Assembly: GCF_964204645.1 (NCBI RefSeq)
Contig: NC_134025.1
Location: 8,184,001-8,248,000, forward strand
Source of the DNA: Tubulanus polymorphus
Lineage: Eukaryota; Animalia; Nemertea
Direction of reading: 5' to 3'
DNA: 64,000 nucleotides
In this document: piece by piece, positions 12,132 to 26,400 of the stretch
Layout of the letters: every line of letters begins with the position of its first letter
How positions within the stretch are numbered: the first letter of the stretch is position 1
The notes under the pieces: generated by a model
Told to the model about the DNA's origin: nothing
The model's database searches: none
The model's input: the letters and a program-made list of their open reading frames with translations, nothing else
Program-made: the position numbers and the translations under genes

Positions 12132-15100
12132 TCATACTTGTGTTTCTAGCTGCATTGCCTTGTTATCAAATGCATACTCAGTTGGGTCACCGTTTTCAAA
12201 GTGCACAACTCTGAAAGATCAAAAACATTTGTTTCCACGAGATAATAAAATCGCTTGTTGAAGCTACGTAATTTAAGGATCTACGATAGTAATGTATCTA
12301 CAAGGTTGACGGGGAACTCAGTATTGGCTATCCTTACCGGCCGAATTGTTTACCGTCTTCAATCGTCTCTGGCAAACTTCGGCCTCTTGTTTCGGGTAAC
12401 TTGATTGTCGCCACTGCGGCCAAAATAGAAAATACACCGAAAGTAACCAGTGGGAATAATTTCTCAAAATTTCCGCCAACCATCGTGCCCTGAAAAAAGA
12501 CCTCCAGCGATGATTATATTCTTATATGACACGGGTTTGTAAACATTCCTTAGACTTAATCTAATCCCTTGGCTTTACATATCTGAAGATAAATACATTT
12601 GTTTACTTTTGTGGAATGGGAAAATACTTTATGCGTGTTGGTATAAGCCTTTTACAAAAATAATTTTCTCAAATTACATTTTTTGCTGGCGCTATTCATG
12701 GTGTGTGTTATTTACCACATTTGCGATGATAGGGGCCAAAATACTTCCGACTCTTGCACACGTAGAGCTAGTACCCATGCCGAAATTTCTCATTACTGTC
12801 GGATACAGCTCTGCAGAAAACACGTAAATAATCGCGAATCCAGCTGCTGCGCCAAATTTACCGATCATTGCAAATGTCACCATCAACCAATTCAAATCTG
12901 CAAAGAATAAGATGCATTTTTGGGAAAACAATCAAAAGTTTACCTATTCAAACGAGATTTGACGGATCGTACTTTTGGCGTTTTATTTTGATTTAAAAAA
13001 GTTTAAACTGCGAGTGCTTATGTTTTACTCACCACCTGCGTATAAAACAACGAATACAGTGCAAACTAGAGTGACGCCTCCGATCATCATAGCAGTAATG
13101 TGAGGCGGTTTGCGGCCCCATGGATTCATCGTCAGAATACAAAACGTATACGCTGGGAACTCGACCAGACCAGAAAGAAATGAATTTAAGAATATGTTCC
13201 CACCAAGATTTCCGGCGTTTAGTGAAAGTCCATAATAAACCATAGATACAACCATCCTATGGGTAAATGGAGAATTAGAATGGATTCGGAAGAAATTGGG
13301 AAATAAGTTAAATCACGGTGATTTTAAGTAACATACCAATTGAAATAGATGACGAGTGTACGAATAACTAAAGTTTTGGAGCGGATATACTCCTTAAATG
13401 AAAATTGAGGTTTGACCTCGACATAATCATCTGTAGAAAATAGTTTATCTGGAAGAATGACTCTGTTTACTGCGGCCATTTTTCTGAGTATTTTTTCTGC
13501 TTCGTCCATTCGGCCTTTTGTGATAAGCCATCGAGGAGATTCGGGTAAGAACCTGACGAGTAAATTTTCGCATGTATTTTCAAGATAAGTTTTTAAACAG
13601 GGAAAATGTAATTCAAATAGGAAAAATATACTTGCCACCAATAAGAGAAGAGCAAAATGTTAGGCAGTACTAGAGCTGTTTGTAAATACCTCCAGTTACG
13701 TATGAGGTACGCAATACCTGGTAATATGCAGGCACCAAGTGCAAAGAAATACTCAATTACCATACCAGCAATAACTCGTTTTGATGGTCCTACTAATTCC
13801 ATTCCTAAAAAAAGGGCATTCTTCACTCAACCTACTTGAATCCTTTTTTGGGAAAATAAGCATACAGCTACTACAGACCTAAGACAAAGCTGCATAGGAA
13901 AAGTCCACTGCACGCAGCTCCGCTCATGAAGCGAAAGAAAACAAAACTGTAGAATTCTGGTGCCCAGGCTGACGCTACACCAAACGCGCATAAACAAGCG
14001 ACACAGAGGAAGAACGCAATCCTACGACCATATCTGAAAAATCATGTACTTCGCTTTGTGACGTAGTGGTGAAAAATGAATACATATATTCAAATAACCT
14101 AAGAACTCGAGAGCGCAACTAATGTAATGTTGCAATTTCACCACGATACTTACACATCGGACAGGACACCAAAAACTGTCGCACCTACGAATAAACCGCC
14201 CATGACCATCGTCGATAATAGAACCCGATTTCCGCCATTCTTTTTACCAACTTTATTAAACTACATTTCAAAAATTGCGAAAGACAATCTGATGATATTG
14301 AAATTCTAATTTCTTAGATTTTCACGATGTGTGACTCATTGACTAAATGCCGGGTAATAGAGGCAATCTGTCGCTTTAACTACATGTTACCGTGCTGCAT
14401 TGTGATCTCACCTCCGTCATAGTTGTGCTTTCGAAAACAGATCTATCATAAACCCACGCATCGCATTCCACCTTGGTCGCATTTTCCGGGATACCGGTCA
14501 CGTTACTGAACTTAGTCGAAGCGTCGATGAGATAAATCTCGTCTTCGGACAATATCCACTTGTTGTCGTCTTTGACCCAGGGTACTGTATGATTGAGCCG
14601 CAATGCGTGCTCGGGATTCTGAATGCTGTACGTGTCATTCTCCAAATCCGGAATCGCACATCTAGATTTTATGAATTCATCATTTTGAGGGTTATGATAA
14701 ACTACAGCTAACCCCCGATATACCGCCCACATCGGTGCAGAACGATTTTGGCGGTATAGAGAGTATGGCGGTGTATCGGGAGTGTTTTACTATGTATTTG
14801 TATTGAGATGTACATTGAGAAAACCTGGCGGTTACTTTACTTATCATTCATAATTTCTAGGGCCAAATATCCTAGTTGACTAACGGGATTCTAGATCTGG
14901 ATGGGGTACGTTGAAAGTGACCACTTCTGGAATGAGGTCGACGGAATTATAAAATATTAAGTGAACACCAGTACAACAGGAAGAAGGGTCAGTTTAATAG
15001 AATGGTAAACTTTGACCTTGGGGTCACTTTAATGCAATAAAGAAGTTTCCAGTTTCTAGGCGCCATTTTGTGGCGGTCCCGCGAGGTCCCCATTGTTGCG

Positions 15101-15850
15101 ATAATTTGGGCTCATTTTTAAAACATAAGTTTAGATTGAATATCAATCATATAGTTCTGCAGTCCCTTGCTCGACGAAATCAATTTATACACCATTTTAA
15201 AGGAAATGAAATGCAGATATTTGCTGGCGATTCTTGGAATTTTTGAACGTAACAATTGAGAACAGTGACGGTGTGAAACCAAGGACCGCATATCTTAACC
15301 GTGCGTAAAAGAAATCGCAATATTTATTAATTTTAAAATATCTAAGTATCTCTTCAAGTAAAAGGTTTTCCAGTCTATAAAATGATTGCTCTTAGATAAA
15401 TTCATACCCAGAAGATTATTACTTTATTATTTATCACTATCCAAACAAGAAATCTTATATACACTTACATCGGCGGTGGGCAAAGGGTTATTTTTAGATA
15501 GCACCGACTCAAGTGCATATAAGATTTCTTGGTTGGATTGTGATTTTTTTGTGAAACCGGTCGCGTTCATCTTTAGAAAATAATAAAAAAGATATCATTA
15601 TGTTTACTATTTTAGATTTTTAATATAATCTATTCAATCTATTTGTATAGTACGTAGGCATACAATGTTCGTTATGTAATGTGTACATATGATATATGTT
15701 CTCTCACCTGAAATTTGGTACTGCACTTAAAAATACTCCTGCAAGAACTACAAATGCTAAGAACGTTGACGGCACGCATAGCATGAAATACCTAATCTTT
15801 TGATATTTTCCAAACTCTCCAATTTTTATCAATATTTCATCGAATTGCAT
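12132..15850 (-). CDS. SLC22 / organic cation transporter-like protein, copy 2 (apparently intact)
   Basis: MQFDEILIKIGEFGKYQ, RCAIPDLENDTY..CDAWVYD, ELVGPSKR, PESPRWL, SAELYPTVMRNFGMG, FPETRG; GT-AG junctions. Confidence 0.93.
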
Positions 15851-16110
15851 CGTGGCACTCGTACGATCCGATTCACTAATCAGTGTCCTGTATATCTTAA
15901 ATATTGAGACCGGTCGCTAATCGGTCTAAGACGTCATTTTGTACTATGACCTACATTGAATAAGCAATATCAAGAACCATCATTGTATTCGAAAATAAAT
16001 TATGCTTTTGAGACTTATTTGCATACCAGAACATTCTTGCGCGCACAAATCGTACTGCATATGTAAGTATATATCACGCAAAAATCCGGCTCTATTCAGA
16101 CGTTAATGAT

Positions 16111-16147
16111 CGGTTACTCGTGTCTACTTTACAAGCAACGCGGTTCA
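16111..16147 (-). pseudogene. Short relic of a third D-serine dehydratase-like copy
   Basis: tactcgtgtc-tactttacaagcaacgcggt matches the RVACKVATRV exon of copies A and B with a 2-nt deletion. Confidence 0.6.
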
Positions 16148-16254
16148 CACTTTTAGGCGGTCTTTTTTCAAAAGATTTAAAATCACGGATAATGTGTACT
16201 TAGCGTAGGTTAACAACAGAATTTCCAAAAATCATTTCCACAACTTTAATAATT

Positions 16255-16480
16255 TTAAGCCATCCTCGACAAATCCAGAATTTCCTTTAAAATACATTGA
16301 TATATTTTTTTATATATTTATATCTTTTGTTTAGTTTTGACGGGTAAAAAATGAAAGTTTGACGGGTAAAACATGAAAGTTTGACGGGTGAATTTGATGT
16401 TTAATTTTGACAGGATATCTATGCCATATTAAGCCACCCTCGACAAATCCAGAATTTTCTTTAAAATGTATTTATCATAT
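16255..16480. repeat. Direct repeat (~50 bp x2) flanking short tandem TTTGACGGGTAAAA..GAAAG units
   Basis: ttaagcca(t/c)cctcgacaaatccagaattt twice; tttgacgggt three times in between. Confidence 0.7.
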
Positions 16481-16665
16481 TTGTTGTACTATATACATAA
16501 TTATGGTTATTCACTCCAAATATTGAGAATATGACTAAGATTTTAACAATTATACACGTAAGCTTGCGGTAAAATATCAGCATCAAGCTAAAAGAATTGA
16601 TACCTTCTTTCTCATTTCTGCTGAGCTTAAAGGTTGACCCGGCTGGCCTGTACATGACTTTTTTT

Positions 16666-17440
16666 CTAAATTTTGATCGAGCTAAGCATATCGGCTGCTA
16701 TATAAATGAACTGATAACAAATTTTATTGCAGTTTACAAAATGGCCCGGCTGATTAAGAGAAACAAGGTATCGAATCAAGTGCATCAAATCTCCCATTAC
16801 GTTAAGATCGCATTTATTACATATCCGTTGATCACTTGGTGTATTTGAGTACATGATCTTCCTGTTTCCACTGGTATATACAGCATCAACGAAATTTACA
16901 CGCAGTTTTAAGAAGATCCTTTGGTAACCGGTGTAGATAGTTTTCAAACCCAAAATTTGCTTTGAGATTTGAATAAGTAGACGGATGAACGGTGGTTGAA
17001 ATACCATTGCTCGGTTAACAATCGTAAACCACACAAAAGCAATTCATCCAGTGATTTAATGAAATACAAGTTCATCATAAACAAGATGGTTCCAAACTGA
17101 TTTCTCCGGATCCATTTGGGTTGCAGAAACCTAAGTTTGTGACACCACCTTCTGTTGGTTTTCTGCAATGAAATTAAACTCGGCGCAGAATCGTTTTCTT
17201 CGGAGATTAGGAGTCAAACGGGAGGATTGATTGGCCGACTTAAGATAACAGCTAATTCTTTTATACGATGCAATTCTGACAATGGCTTTTTGAATTTCAT
17301 AAATTGTTTCAGATTACTGACTTCAGATCAAAGTTCTCCTATTTCCAAAAGTAATTTCTTGACTAAATTCAATCTAGGCATGATTATTTTGAACAACCAA
17401 CCTTTAGCACTTATTTTTTTTCTTATCTTTGAATAGCTTT
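16666..17440 (-). mobile_element. Degenerate non-LTR retrotransposon ORF2 3' fragment
   Basis: ISKQILGLK (cf. FCKxILGVK), FLKLRV, and RICNKCDLNVMGD..H (cf. RxCxxC..DExH zinc knuckle); frames broken; upper boundary approximate. Confidence 0.5.
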
Positions 17441-17710
17441 ATTAATGGAAGAATAAAATTGTACAGTATATAATTGTGCATAAGTCTACAAAAAGACATT
17501 ATTAGCAATACACTGAATGTGAAATTACTACAAAAACATAATTTACACAATTTCATGCAGGAATAGTACATTATGAATTACAGTAAACCACGTCCAACTC
17601 GGACTTTCGACTAACTTGGACAAAAACGAAATGATTTTTCACACTCCTAGCGTATTTTTCTATCGTTAACTCGGATAAATAACGGGTAATAAGGTTATAT
17701 ATTAATGAAG

Positions 17711-17935
17711 GAGCGGGTGATCTAACGTTAAACTAGTTACATCCACCTTGATTACTCCAAGCGTCCACTATCAGGGCTGAGTGGCAAGACAAGTGGGTTC
17801 GAGTCCTGCTGGCTGCTTACAGTGTGCGGGCAACACTTCAAAGGCGGTCCCGTCGTGAGGTTAAATGAATTTTCCAATAGGGTAAGTCTTGGGAAACCAA
17901 GATCCAAGCGATGTTAAGCCAAAATAAACAAACAA
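17711..17935 (+). mobile_element. tRNA-derived SINE
   Basis: Pol III B box GGTTCGAGTCC at 17796-17806, weak A box upstream, 3' tail ATGTTAAGCCAAAATAAACAAACAA. Confidence 0.6.
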
Positions 17936-19125
17936 TTTGGTGAGCTAATATTTTGAAAGTTGTGGTTAAAAAGATGACTTTTCATAGGTGCACTCTTAAC
18001 TTATTCAAACACGTTAGATAACATGGAATAACAGGTGTTACGTACATTTACGGTATAATAAGAAGTGCTGTATCACAGATGGTGATACACAGTTTTCTAG
18101 ACCTGGGATCATACATATTTGGAATGTCAGAAGAAAATTCATTTCCTAGTAATCTTATTGTCAAAGGCAACAATCAGGCCTGGACTGGAAACAGTATCTA
18201 TGCCAGTTAAAAGTTTATTTTCATAGTTTAAGCGTGTCTAATGCATCAGGATGTTAACCAGTCTGGGTTGGACTTTAAAATTATTTCACTGGTTAGGGTC
18301 CGTAACCCTGTATGCCCGGTTCAATTTATTGAAGTCTTAGGTGTATAGACAATATTTTTGCGTACCGGGGATAGCGAAGAGATCCAACTCGGATTTCTGG
18401 GGAGGGGTTAGTAAAAAGTCATCAATGATTAATTTTTCCCGCCATTCCACCATCTTGGATGACATCACTTCCGGCTGCCATCTGAGATGTCGTCACTCCC
18501 GGTCGTCCGTCCCATCCACTTCCCGTTCCCCAAAACATGCTACTGACGTGCGTGGCTCGCTTGGTCGTTCCTGTCAGAAAAGAAACGATTGAATAGTGGT
18601 TAAATGCCGATTTCATCCGTTCAGAAGTTTAGGGGTCTTAGGCTGTTAGAAACTTGTGGGGATTATTTGCTTTGAAAGGGAAAGGAAAATAGTAATGATT
18701 ATAATAAAGATAATAATCCGAGGAAATCAATAAGGTTTTCCGTGAAACAGCAGAAGAACCTAACTAAATAGATGTCATCTGCAATAGAAATGACGCACAT
18801 ACTTACAATCTGATGAAATTGCACATTAATCAGTTGCATTAAATTTTCACTGAGCTTAATATATGATAATATAATACAGAGAGGACGAGAATCGAAGAAA
18901 ACTAAATATAGGAATTTTGTTTTAGGAATGCATTTCAAATAGAATATAACAAAACATGTATGCACGAAGAGACAGAAATGCCACAATGAATTGCTAAGTA
19001 ATCGGAGGGTAAAAAAGCAGATCGCAAAATAACAATCATTCGATATTCACAACGGTAGCTTATCACAAAATGCATGTATACATATAAAGAAACGTTAGTT
19101 AAAGCGGCAATATAGTTTTAGTAGT

Positions 19126-22100
19126 TCACCATACTTGTGTTTCTAGCCGCATTGTCTTGTTATCATACGCATACGCAGATGGATCACCGTTTTCAAATCT
19201 GACAACTCTGAAAGATCAAAAACATCTGTTTCCACCAGAGAATAAAATCGCCATTGAAACTACGCGCTTAAAAACCACTCCCTAGTCACATGACATGAAT
19301 TATCGTCTTAAATATTTTCAATGCTGACGGGAAACTCAGTATTGGCTATACTTACCGGCCGAATTGTTTACCGTCTTCAATCGTCTCTGGCAAACTTCGG
19401 CCCCTTGTTTCCGGTAACTTGACTGTCGTCATTGCGGCCAATATAGAAAATATACCGAAAGTGACCAGTGGGAATAATTTCTCAAAATTCCCGCCAACTA
19501 TCGTGCCCTGAAAAAGACCCTCAGCGATGATAATTAGTTTATTTGTACGACAACAAGTTAGTGTTGACTGATCGTACGTAGGTATTTTCTCAAATTATAA
19601 TTTATGCAAGGTATTCATAGTGTGTGTTATTTACCGCATTTGCGATGATAGGGGCCAAAATACTTCCGACCGTTGAGCACGTAGAGCTAGTACCCATGCC
19701 GAAATTTCTCATTACAGTCGGATACAGCTCGGCAGAAAACACGTAAATAATCGCAAATCCAGCTGATGCACCAAATTTACCGATCATTGCAAATGTCACC
19801 ATCAACCAATTCATCTCTGGAAAGAATATAAGATGCATGGAAAATTTAAAGTCAACCTGTTCAAACGACATCGGTGACATTACGTTTTATTTCATTATAA
19901 TAAATATGTAAAATGCAATGTTTTACTTACGATGTGCGTATAAAACAATGAATACAGTGCAAACTAGAGTGACGCCTCCGATCAACATAGCAGTAATGTG
20001 AGGCGGTTTGCGGCCCCATGGATTCATCGTCAGAATGCAAAACGTATACGCTGGGAACTCGACCAGACCAGAAAGAAATGAATTTAAGAATATATGTTCC
20101 CACCAAGATTTCCGGCATATAGTGAAAGTCCGTAATAAACCAGAGCTACAACCATCCTATGAAAAAATGAAGAATTAGAATAGATTCAGGAGAAATTTGG
20201 TAATGAGTTGAATCATCAGGGATTGACAAGTAATTTCGTTATTGTTTTATGAAACTTACCAATTGAAATAGATGACGAGTGTACGAATAACTAAAGTTTT
20301 GGAGCGGATATACTCCTTAAATGAAAATTGAGGTTTGGCCCTAACACAATCATCTGTAGTAAGTTGTATATCTGGAAGAATGACTCCGTTTACTGCGGCC
20401 ATTTTTCTGAGTATTGTTTCTGCTTCGTCCATTCGGCCTTTTGTCATGAGCCATCGAGGAGATTCGGGTAAGAACCTGACGAGTAAATTTACGCATTTTT
20501 TTCTAAGGTTTTATACAGGGGAAATCTTGTCAAATTGGAGACATACTTACCACCAATATGATAATAGCAAAACGATAGGCAGTACAAGAGCTGTTTGTAA
20601 ATACCTCCAGTTACGTATGAGGTACGCAATACCTGGTAATACGCAGGCACCAAGTGCAAAGAAATACTCTATTACTATACCAGCAATAACTCTTTTTGAT
20701 GGTCCTACTAATTCCATTCCTAAAAAAGGGCATTTTTCACTCAACATATTTTTGGGAAGATAAAGAATAGAATTATATTCATGCACTACAGACCTAAGAC
20801 AAAGCTGCATTGGAAAAGTCCACTAGACGCAGCTCCGCTCATGAACCGGAAGAAAACAAAACTGTAGAATTCTGGTGCCCAGGCTGACCCTACACCAAAC
20901 ACGCATAAACTAGCGACACAGAGGAAGAATGCAATCCTGCGACCACATCTGAAAAATCATGTACTTCGCTTTGTGACGTAATGGGGAAAATGAATACATA
21001 TATTCAAATAACCTAATAACTAGATAGCGCAACTAATGTAATGTTGCAATTTCACCAGGATACTTACACGTCGGACAGGACACCAAAAACTGTCGCACCT
21101 ACGAATGAACCGCACATGACCATCGTAGATAATAGAACGCGATTTCCGCCATTCTTTTTGCCAACTTGATTAAACTACATTTCAAAAATTGCGAAAGACA
21201 ATCGAATGACACTGAAGTGTGCTTCGTGAAATTTCAATTTCTTAACATTTGTATAATGTGTGACTCATTGAATTAATACCGGGTAATAGAGGCAATCTAT
21301 CGCTTTAACTACATGTTATTGTTGTGGTGCGTCGTGACCTCACCTCCGTCATAGGTGTGCTTTCGAAAACAGATCTATCATAAACCCACGCATCGCATTC
21401 CACCTTGGTCGCATTTTCTGGGATACCGGTAACGTTACTGAACTTAGTCGAAGCGTCGATGACGTAAATCTCGTCTTCGGACAATATCCACTTGTTGTCA
21501 TCTTTGACCCAGGGTACTGTATGATTGAGCCGCAATGCGTGCTCTTGATTCTGAATGATGTACGTGTCATTCTCCAAACCCGGAATCGCACATCTAGATT
21601 TATGAATCCATCAATTATCAGGACCGTATCTAGTAGGAGCAGGGGTCAGTTGCCCTTCCCTCCAGACATTTTGGAAAAAATACCCATTTTACAAATATTA
21701 TTATGATTATTCTTTAGAACTGGCCTTTTTCGGGTTTCTCCTCCTCTCAAAAATATTCAAATGCTATGTACACCCGGAATATGATATTTGTTAAAGGGCA
21801 ATTTTGGTAGTTTCGACTTCAAATTTCACTTATCATTTATAATTTCTAGGACCAGATATTCTAGTTGATTAACGGGATTAGAAAATAATAAGTGAACATC
21901 AGTAAAACAAGAAATAGGGCCGGTTTAATACAATGGTAAACTTTCACCATGGGGTCAACTCAACTGAAATTGTGGAAAGTTGTCCCAGTCTATAAAATCA
22001 GACCCAAACGATTATTATATTTTACGATTTAACACAATCCAAACAAGAAATCACATCGTTTGCATCGGTGGTGGGCAGAGGATTATTTCTAAATAGCACC

Positions 22101-23075
22101 GCTTCAAGTATATATGAGATTTCTTGTTTTAATTGTGATAGATTTTATTTATCAGAAACCGGTGGTTCTCACAGTGTTAGAAGAACATAGAAATATATCA
22201 TTATTTTACTATTTTAGATTTCTAATATTCACTATAATTCATTCGTAAAATAGGTATGTACCTTATATAATGCGATGTATGTATATAATGTATGCTATAT
22301 GATATACAGTGTATGCTGTGAACGAATGTAGGTAAAAAACGTCCCGGGAAATAATGTCCCCGGAAAAAATGTCCCGGAAAATATGTCCCCGGAAAAAATG
22401 TCCTAGGGAAAAGATGTCTCTGGAAAAGATGTGCCATAATGTAGAAGAAAATGTCCCAGTCTATCATTACTAATTTAGTAAATTTCCCATCGAAATAACA
22501 CCTGAGAACAAACTTGGTTATTGGTACCAAACCATAAAAAAATAATTCATTGAGTGACCATGAGAATAACAGGCCTCGAATGTCGGCATTAATTAATTTT
22601 GCCATGAAAACATGTGAACTTAAACATGATACGTCAAATTTAAGAAGATTTTAAATTCATAATACAAACAATGAAATATAGTATAGCCCTTATTTGTTAT
22701 CAAACGTTATAATTGTAATCAAAATGTATCACCGAGTTTGTTCCAAGTTTGTTACTAATGATAGACTGGGACATTTTTCCTGGGGACATATTTTCCCTGG
22801 GACATTTTTCCGGGGACATATTTTCCGGGACATTTTTACCGTTTACCGCTGAGTGCATATAATGTATATACGTTATATAATGTATATGTAATGTATACGT
22901 ATATAATGTGTACGTAATGTATGTTCTCTCACCTGAAATTTGGCACTGCACTTAGAAATATTTCTGCAAGAAGTATTATTGCGAAGAACGTTGACGGCAC
23001 GCATAGCATGAGATACCTAATCTTTTGATATTTTCCAAACTCTCCAATTTCTATCAATATTTCATCGAATTGCAT
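19126..23075 (-). pseudogene. SLC22 copy 3, recent duplicate of copy 2 with a frameshift
   Basis: Exon-for-exon similarity to copy 2; extra TA near 20091 (aatatatgttcc vs aatatgttcc) breaks the GGNIFLN exon; could be an assembly error. Confidence 0.7.
22331..22848. mobile_element. Foldback-type non-autonomous DNA element with internally repetitive inverted arms
   Basis: Left arm of tandem ~15-nt ATGTCCC(C)GGAAAA units ending in cccagtctatcatta; right arm taatgatagactggg followed by the reverse-complement units; embedded in TA-rich sequence. Confidence 0.8.
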
Positions 23076-23428
23076 CGTGGCTCGCGTATGATCCGATTCA
23101 CTAATCAGTGTCCCGTATATCTTAAATATTGAGACCGGTCGCTAATCGGTCTTAGGAGTTATTTATTACTTTCTATGACCTACATTTGGTTAACAATATT
23201 TGGAGCAATCATTGTATTCGAGAAAAAAAATTATGCTTATGACTTATTTGCATGCCTACTAGCGTGCACAGATCTTACCACATATCAAGTATACGTACAT
23301 ATATCAAATATTAGGAATAGGATATTAGCATATATATGTATATATACATGCGAGCTTGCGGTAAAATATCAGTAGTAAGTCATTCACTAAGTGAGCTCTT
23401 TTTCACTTCAAATTATTCTTTCTCGAAT

Positions 23429-26400
23429 TTACCAGCCTCTTGTCGGGGTCCAAGTGTCTACGATTTTATCATCTCGATAGACGTAATAGAATGGGAACAT
23501 TGCCGCAGTCGCACTGCTCTAAATTAAGAAAATAATCGGAGTTGAAATAATGTGCAGCAATAACAGACGTGGATCCAGGATTTTTGAAAAAACATCGGCT
23601 CCTGAGATGTATTTTGAGACATCCTGAGATGTCCAATACGGGGAAACAAGGAGAAGCTCAGACGGGAAAATGTGGTATAAATATGCGGGCGGTCGTGTCA
23701 TCACGACGTCTAGGCATGCCGTGTGAATTTTTGGCCACACGGGTCATAAATCATGACAAAATATTTGAATGTCAGACTAGAGGGACGTGACAATGCGAGG
23801 CGAGAGAAAGGTAACAATCACTTCAATAGATTACTTTTTGTAACACGCCCCTCGCATTTTCACGAGCCGTTTTAATAGCCGCACGTTTTCGGGTCGTACT
23901 AACTTGCTAGTCTGCAGCTCACGGCGCGGGAATTTTATATGACGTTACTGTCAGCTTAAAAAATGAACAGTACATTACACGACGTGCAAGCCGACACCAG
24001 AGAGATTCTTAACAATCTTTCCAGAAATTCAAAGTATCACTGGTTATCTCAGAAATGTCAGCCTCATTGGGCTGATGGGACCAGAAATCTTGATTTTGAA
24101 TATCCCAAAACCAAATTGGAATTTAATTTCCATTGTAATCGGCCCCAGACGTCACGCGGGTTTTTTACTGTTAGTGTACAGCAATACATTTAGATATTTT
24201 TTCAGCCAGTCAAGAGACCATCGTCGTGTGAGGGAGGAGTACAACAAACCTGCTGAAAAACTGTAATAGACATGTGTCGTGTTGGTCTGCACATCAACAC
24301 GATGGGTCCCATGACAGCAACAATGCAGCAGGGACTGATGTGTTCGTGGATACACGACAGACTGCACCCGACGTTCAAGCATGTTCAAGAACTTTTTTTA
24401 AGTAAACTGAGTAACTTTAATACCTAAATATTTTTCCAGGCTAATTCGCAGGAAAATGGTCGGTCCCTGAAAGAATTGGTGACTCTAAGGGGGAGGGGGT
24501 GCCGCAGCACCCAGAGCATCCCCTGGATCTGTGCCTGGATAATCTATGATTGTTCGAATACACTTACATGATACGGATAGAAAAATAACATCTTTCCAAG
24601 AGGGAATTGGCTGTAGTCAATTTTTCCACTGACCGGCTCCAAAGTACCCACCTCTTGGCTAATTTCGGTAAGCCTGAACGGATAAAGTAAAAATGAAACA
24701 ATAAACATTAATCGCGTTTATTAACAACTCATTGATAATTAATGATAAAGAATCAATAAAATCTGGATTTCATAGACTAATTGTAAGCGTGTGTATACTT
24801 ACATAAGTTCAGGGTGTCCTTCTACGAGACAAGTGCTACCGGGTGGTATAAGCCCTTTTCCATCGTGGCTCAAAGCCATGAAACCGCAGTCAACAAGTAT
24901 CGTATTCTTATCCGGGTAATGTCCAGTAACTCGTGTCGCTACTTTACAAGCAACGCGGTCCAGACTAACGCTTCCGATCAATGTCTGTTCCACATCTATG
25001 ATTTCATAAAAAATAAACTTTTTAGGCAACTTTCATTTTGGTTTAAAATCTGCAGGTTAAAAGTTGGCAAATTATTTGGGATGCTTCATGTAATATCCTA
25101 TCTGATCACATTGATTTGATGCAAACGAGTGGTACGTTAGCCACCCAACAAAAGGATAGTCTTAGAAATGTGTTTGATACCGTAGAAAACATAATTTCCA
25201 GGATGAAGTTCTGTGAGTTGACTGATTTTCTCTCCCGGAAAACTGGCAGTTGGAGTACAGCCGATCCCACACGTCTCAAATAACAAACCAATACCATTTA
25301 TTCTGATTAATAAAATCCTCTGAATAACTCTTGTTCTTTGATTAACATGATAATATTTACTGGCATTGATCAGCTTACTTATTTTTGCATTCTAAAAGTC
25401 GTGCCGCTGCTAAATCAGATGTAGATTTCAACTCATCAGCGGAATGGCACTCGTATGCGAGGCCGCCACAATACCCATACAAGCCGTAAAATACCATAGT
25501 CCCTGATGTTGCTATGGTTTTCGCGAGATCTACTGCCTGGTCCGAGTTCCACAACACACCCGCTGGAAAATGAAGACAAAAATGGGTTTTATTTGTCAAA
25601 ATGTAATTACTGCGCATGTTTTTGTTGGTCAGTATTACCTCGCTTCGAGCCAATATCTATCTTTAGGAGGACTGACCAATTTTGCCCGTCTTTCAAAGGG
25701 TTTTCAGCAAGGGCTTCAATGCCATGTAGGCTATCAACCATCACGTGGAAAGCCTGCAATTTTTCCGCTAAAACTTTACACCTACAAGAGAGAACAAATT
25801 CGCTCATTCAGTTTTTCTAATCAAGCATCTCTCATCTCAAACTTACCGCGGAACTTTCGCAGCAATGAGTGGAGCAGCATAGACTATGTCATCAAATCCT
25901 CCGTCTGCGAAGAATTCTGCTTCTTTCAGCGTCGAGACGCATACACATCTTTTAGTGCCCCCAGTCATTAGAATGGCGGCTTCTCTGTAATAATAACATT
26001 TTCATATTGACTATAATCTGATGATGTCTGTCAATACTAAAAAAACGAATCCGAATTGGCTACATTAGTGTTTATTACGGGAGTTAACTTTTAACTCGAA
26101 TTAGCTGATAATTCGCGTAAAAATGCTTGATACCCATTCGTGATCCTGTGGCAAGTTCGAGACATTGACACATCCGATCAAAAAAAAATGTTAGTTATAA
26201 TTTTGGGATTACCGCTACAAATATCTATTACAAACTTTCGAAAACAGTCCAAATAAAATTATTTCCATTACATTACATTTAATAATGATACAATACGATC
26301 GCCCAATTAATCAACCATATAGGCCTAATAGATATTTCGCTAGTCTCTCGAATTCATGTTCAAGGCATACTAACTTTAAAACATGAAATGATATTCATAA

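Noticed and set aside
22331-22848. CRISPR-like array
   Set aside because: Eukaryotic context, no unique spacers; the repeats are inverted transposon arms
22222-22951. ORFs 22222-22605 and 22700-22951
   Set aside because: Translations of the foldback repeat units and TA-rich microsatellite
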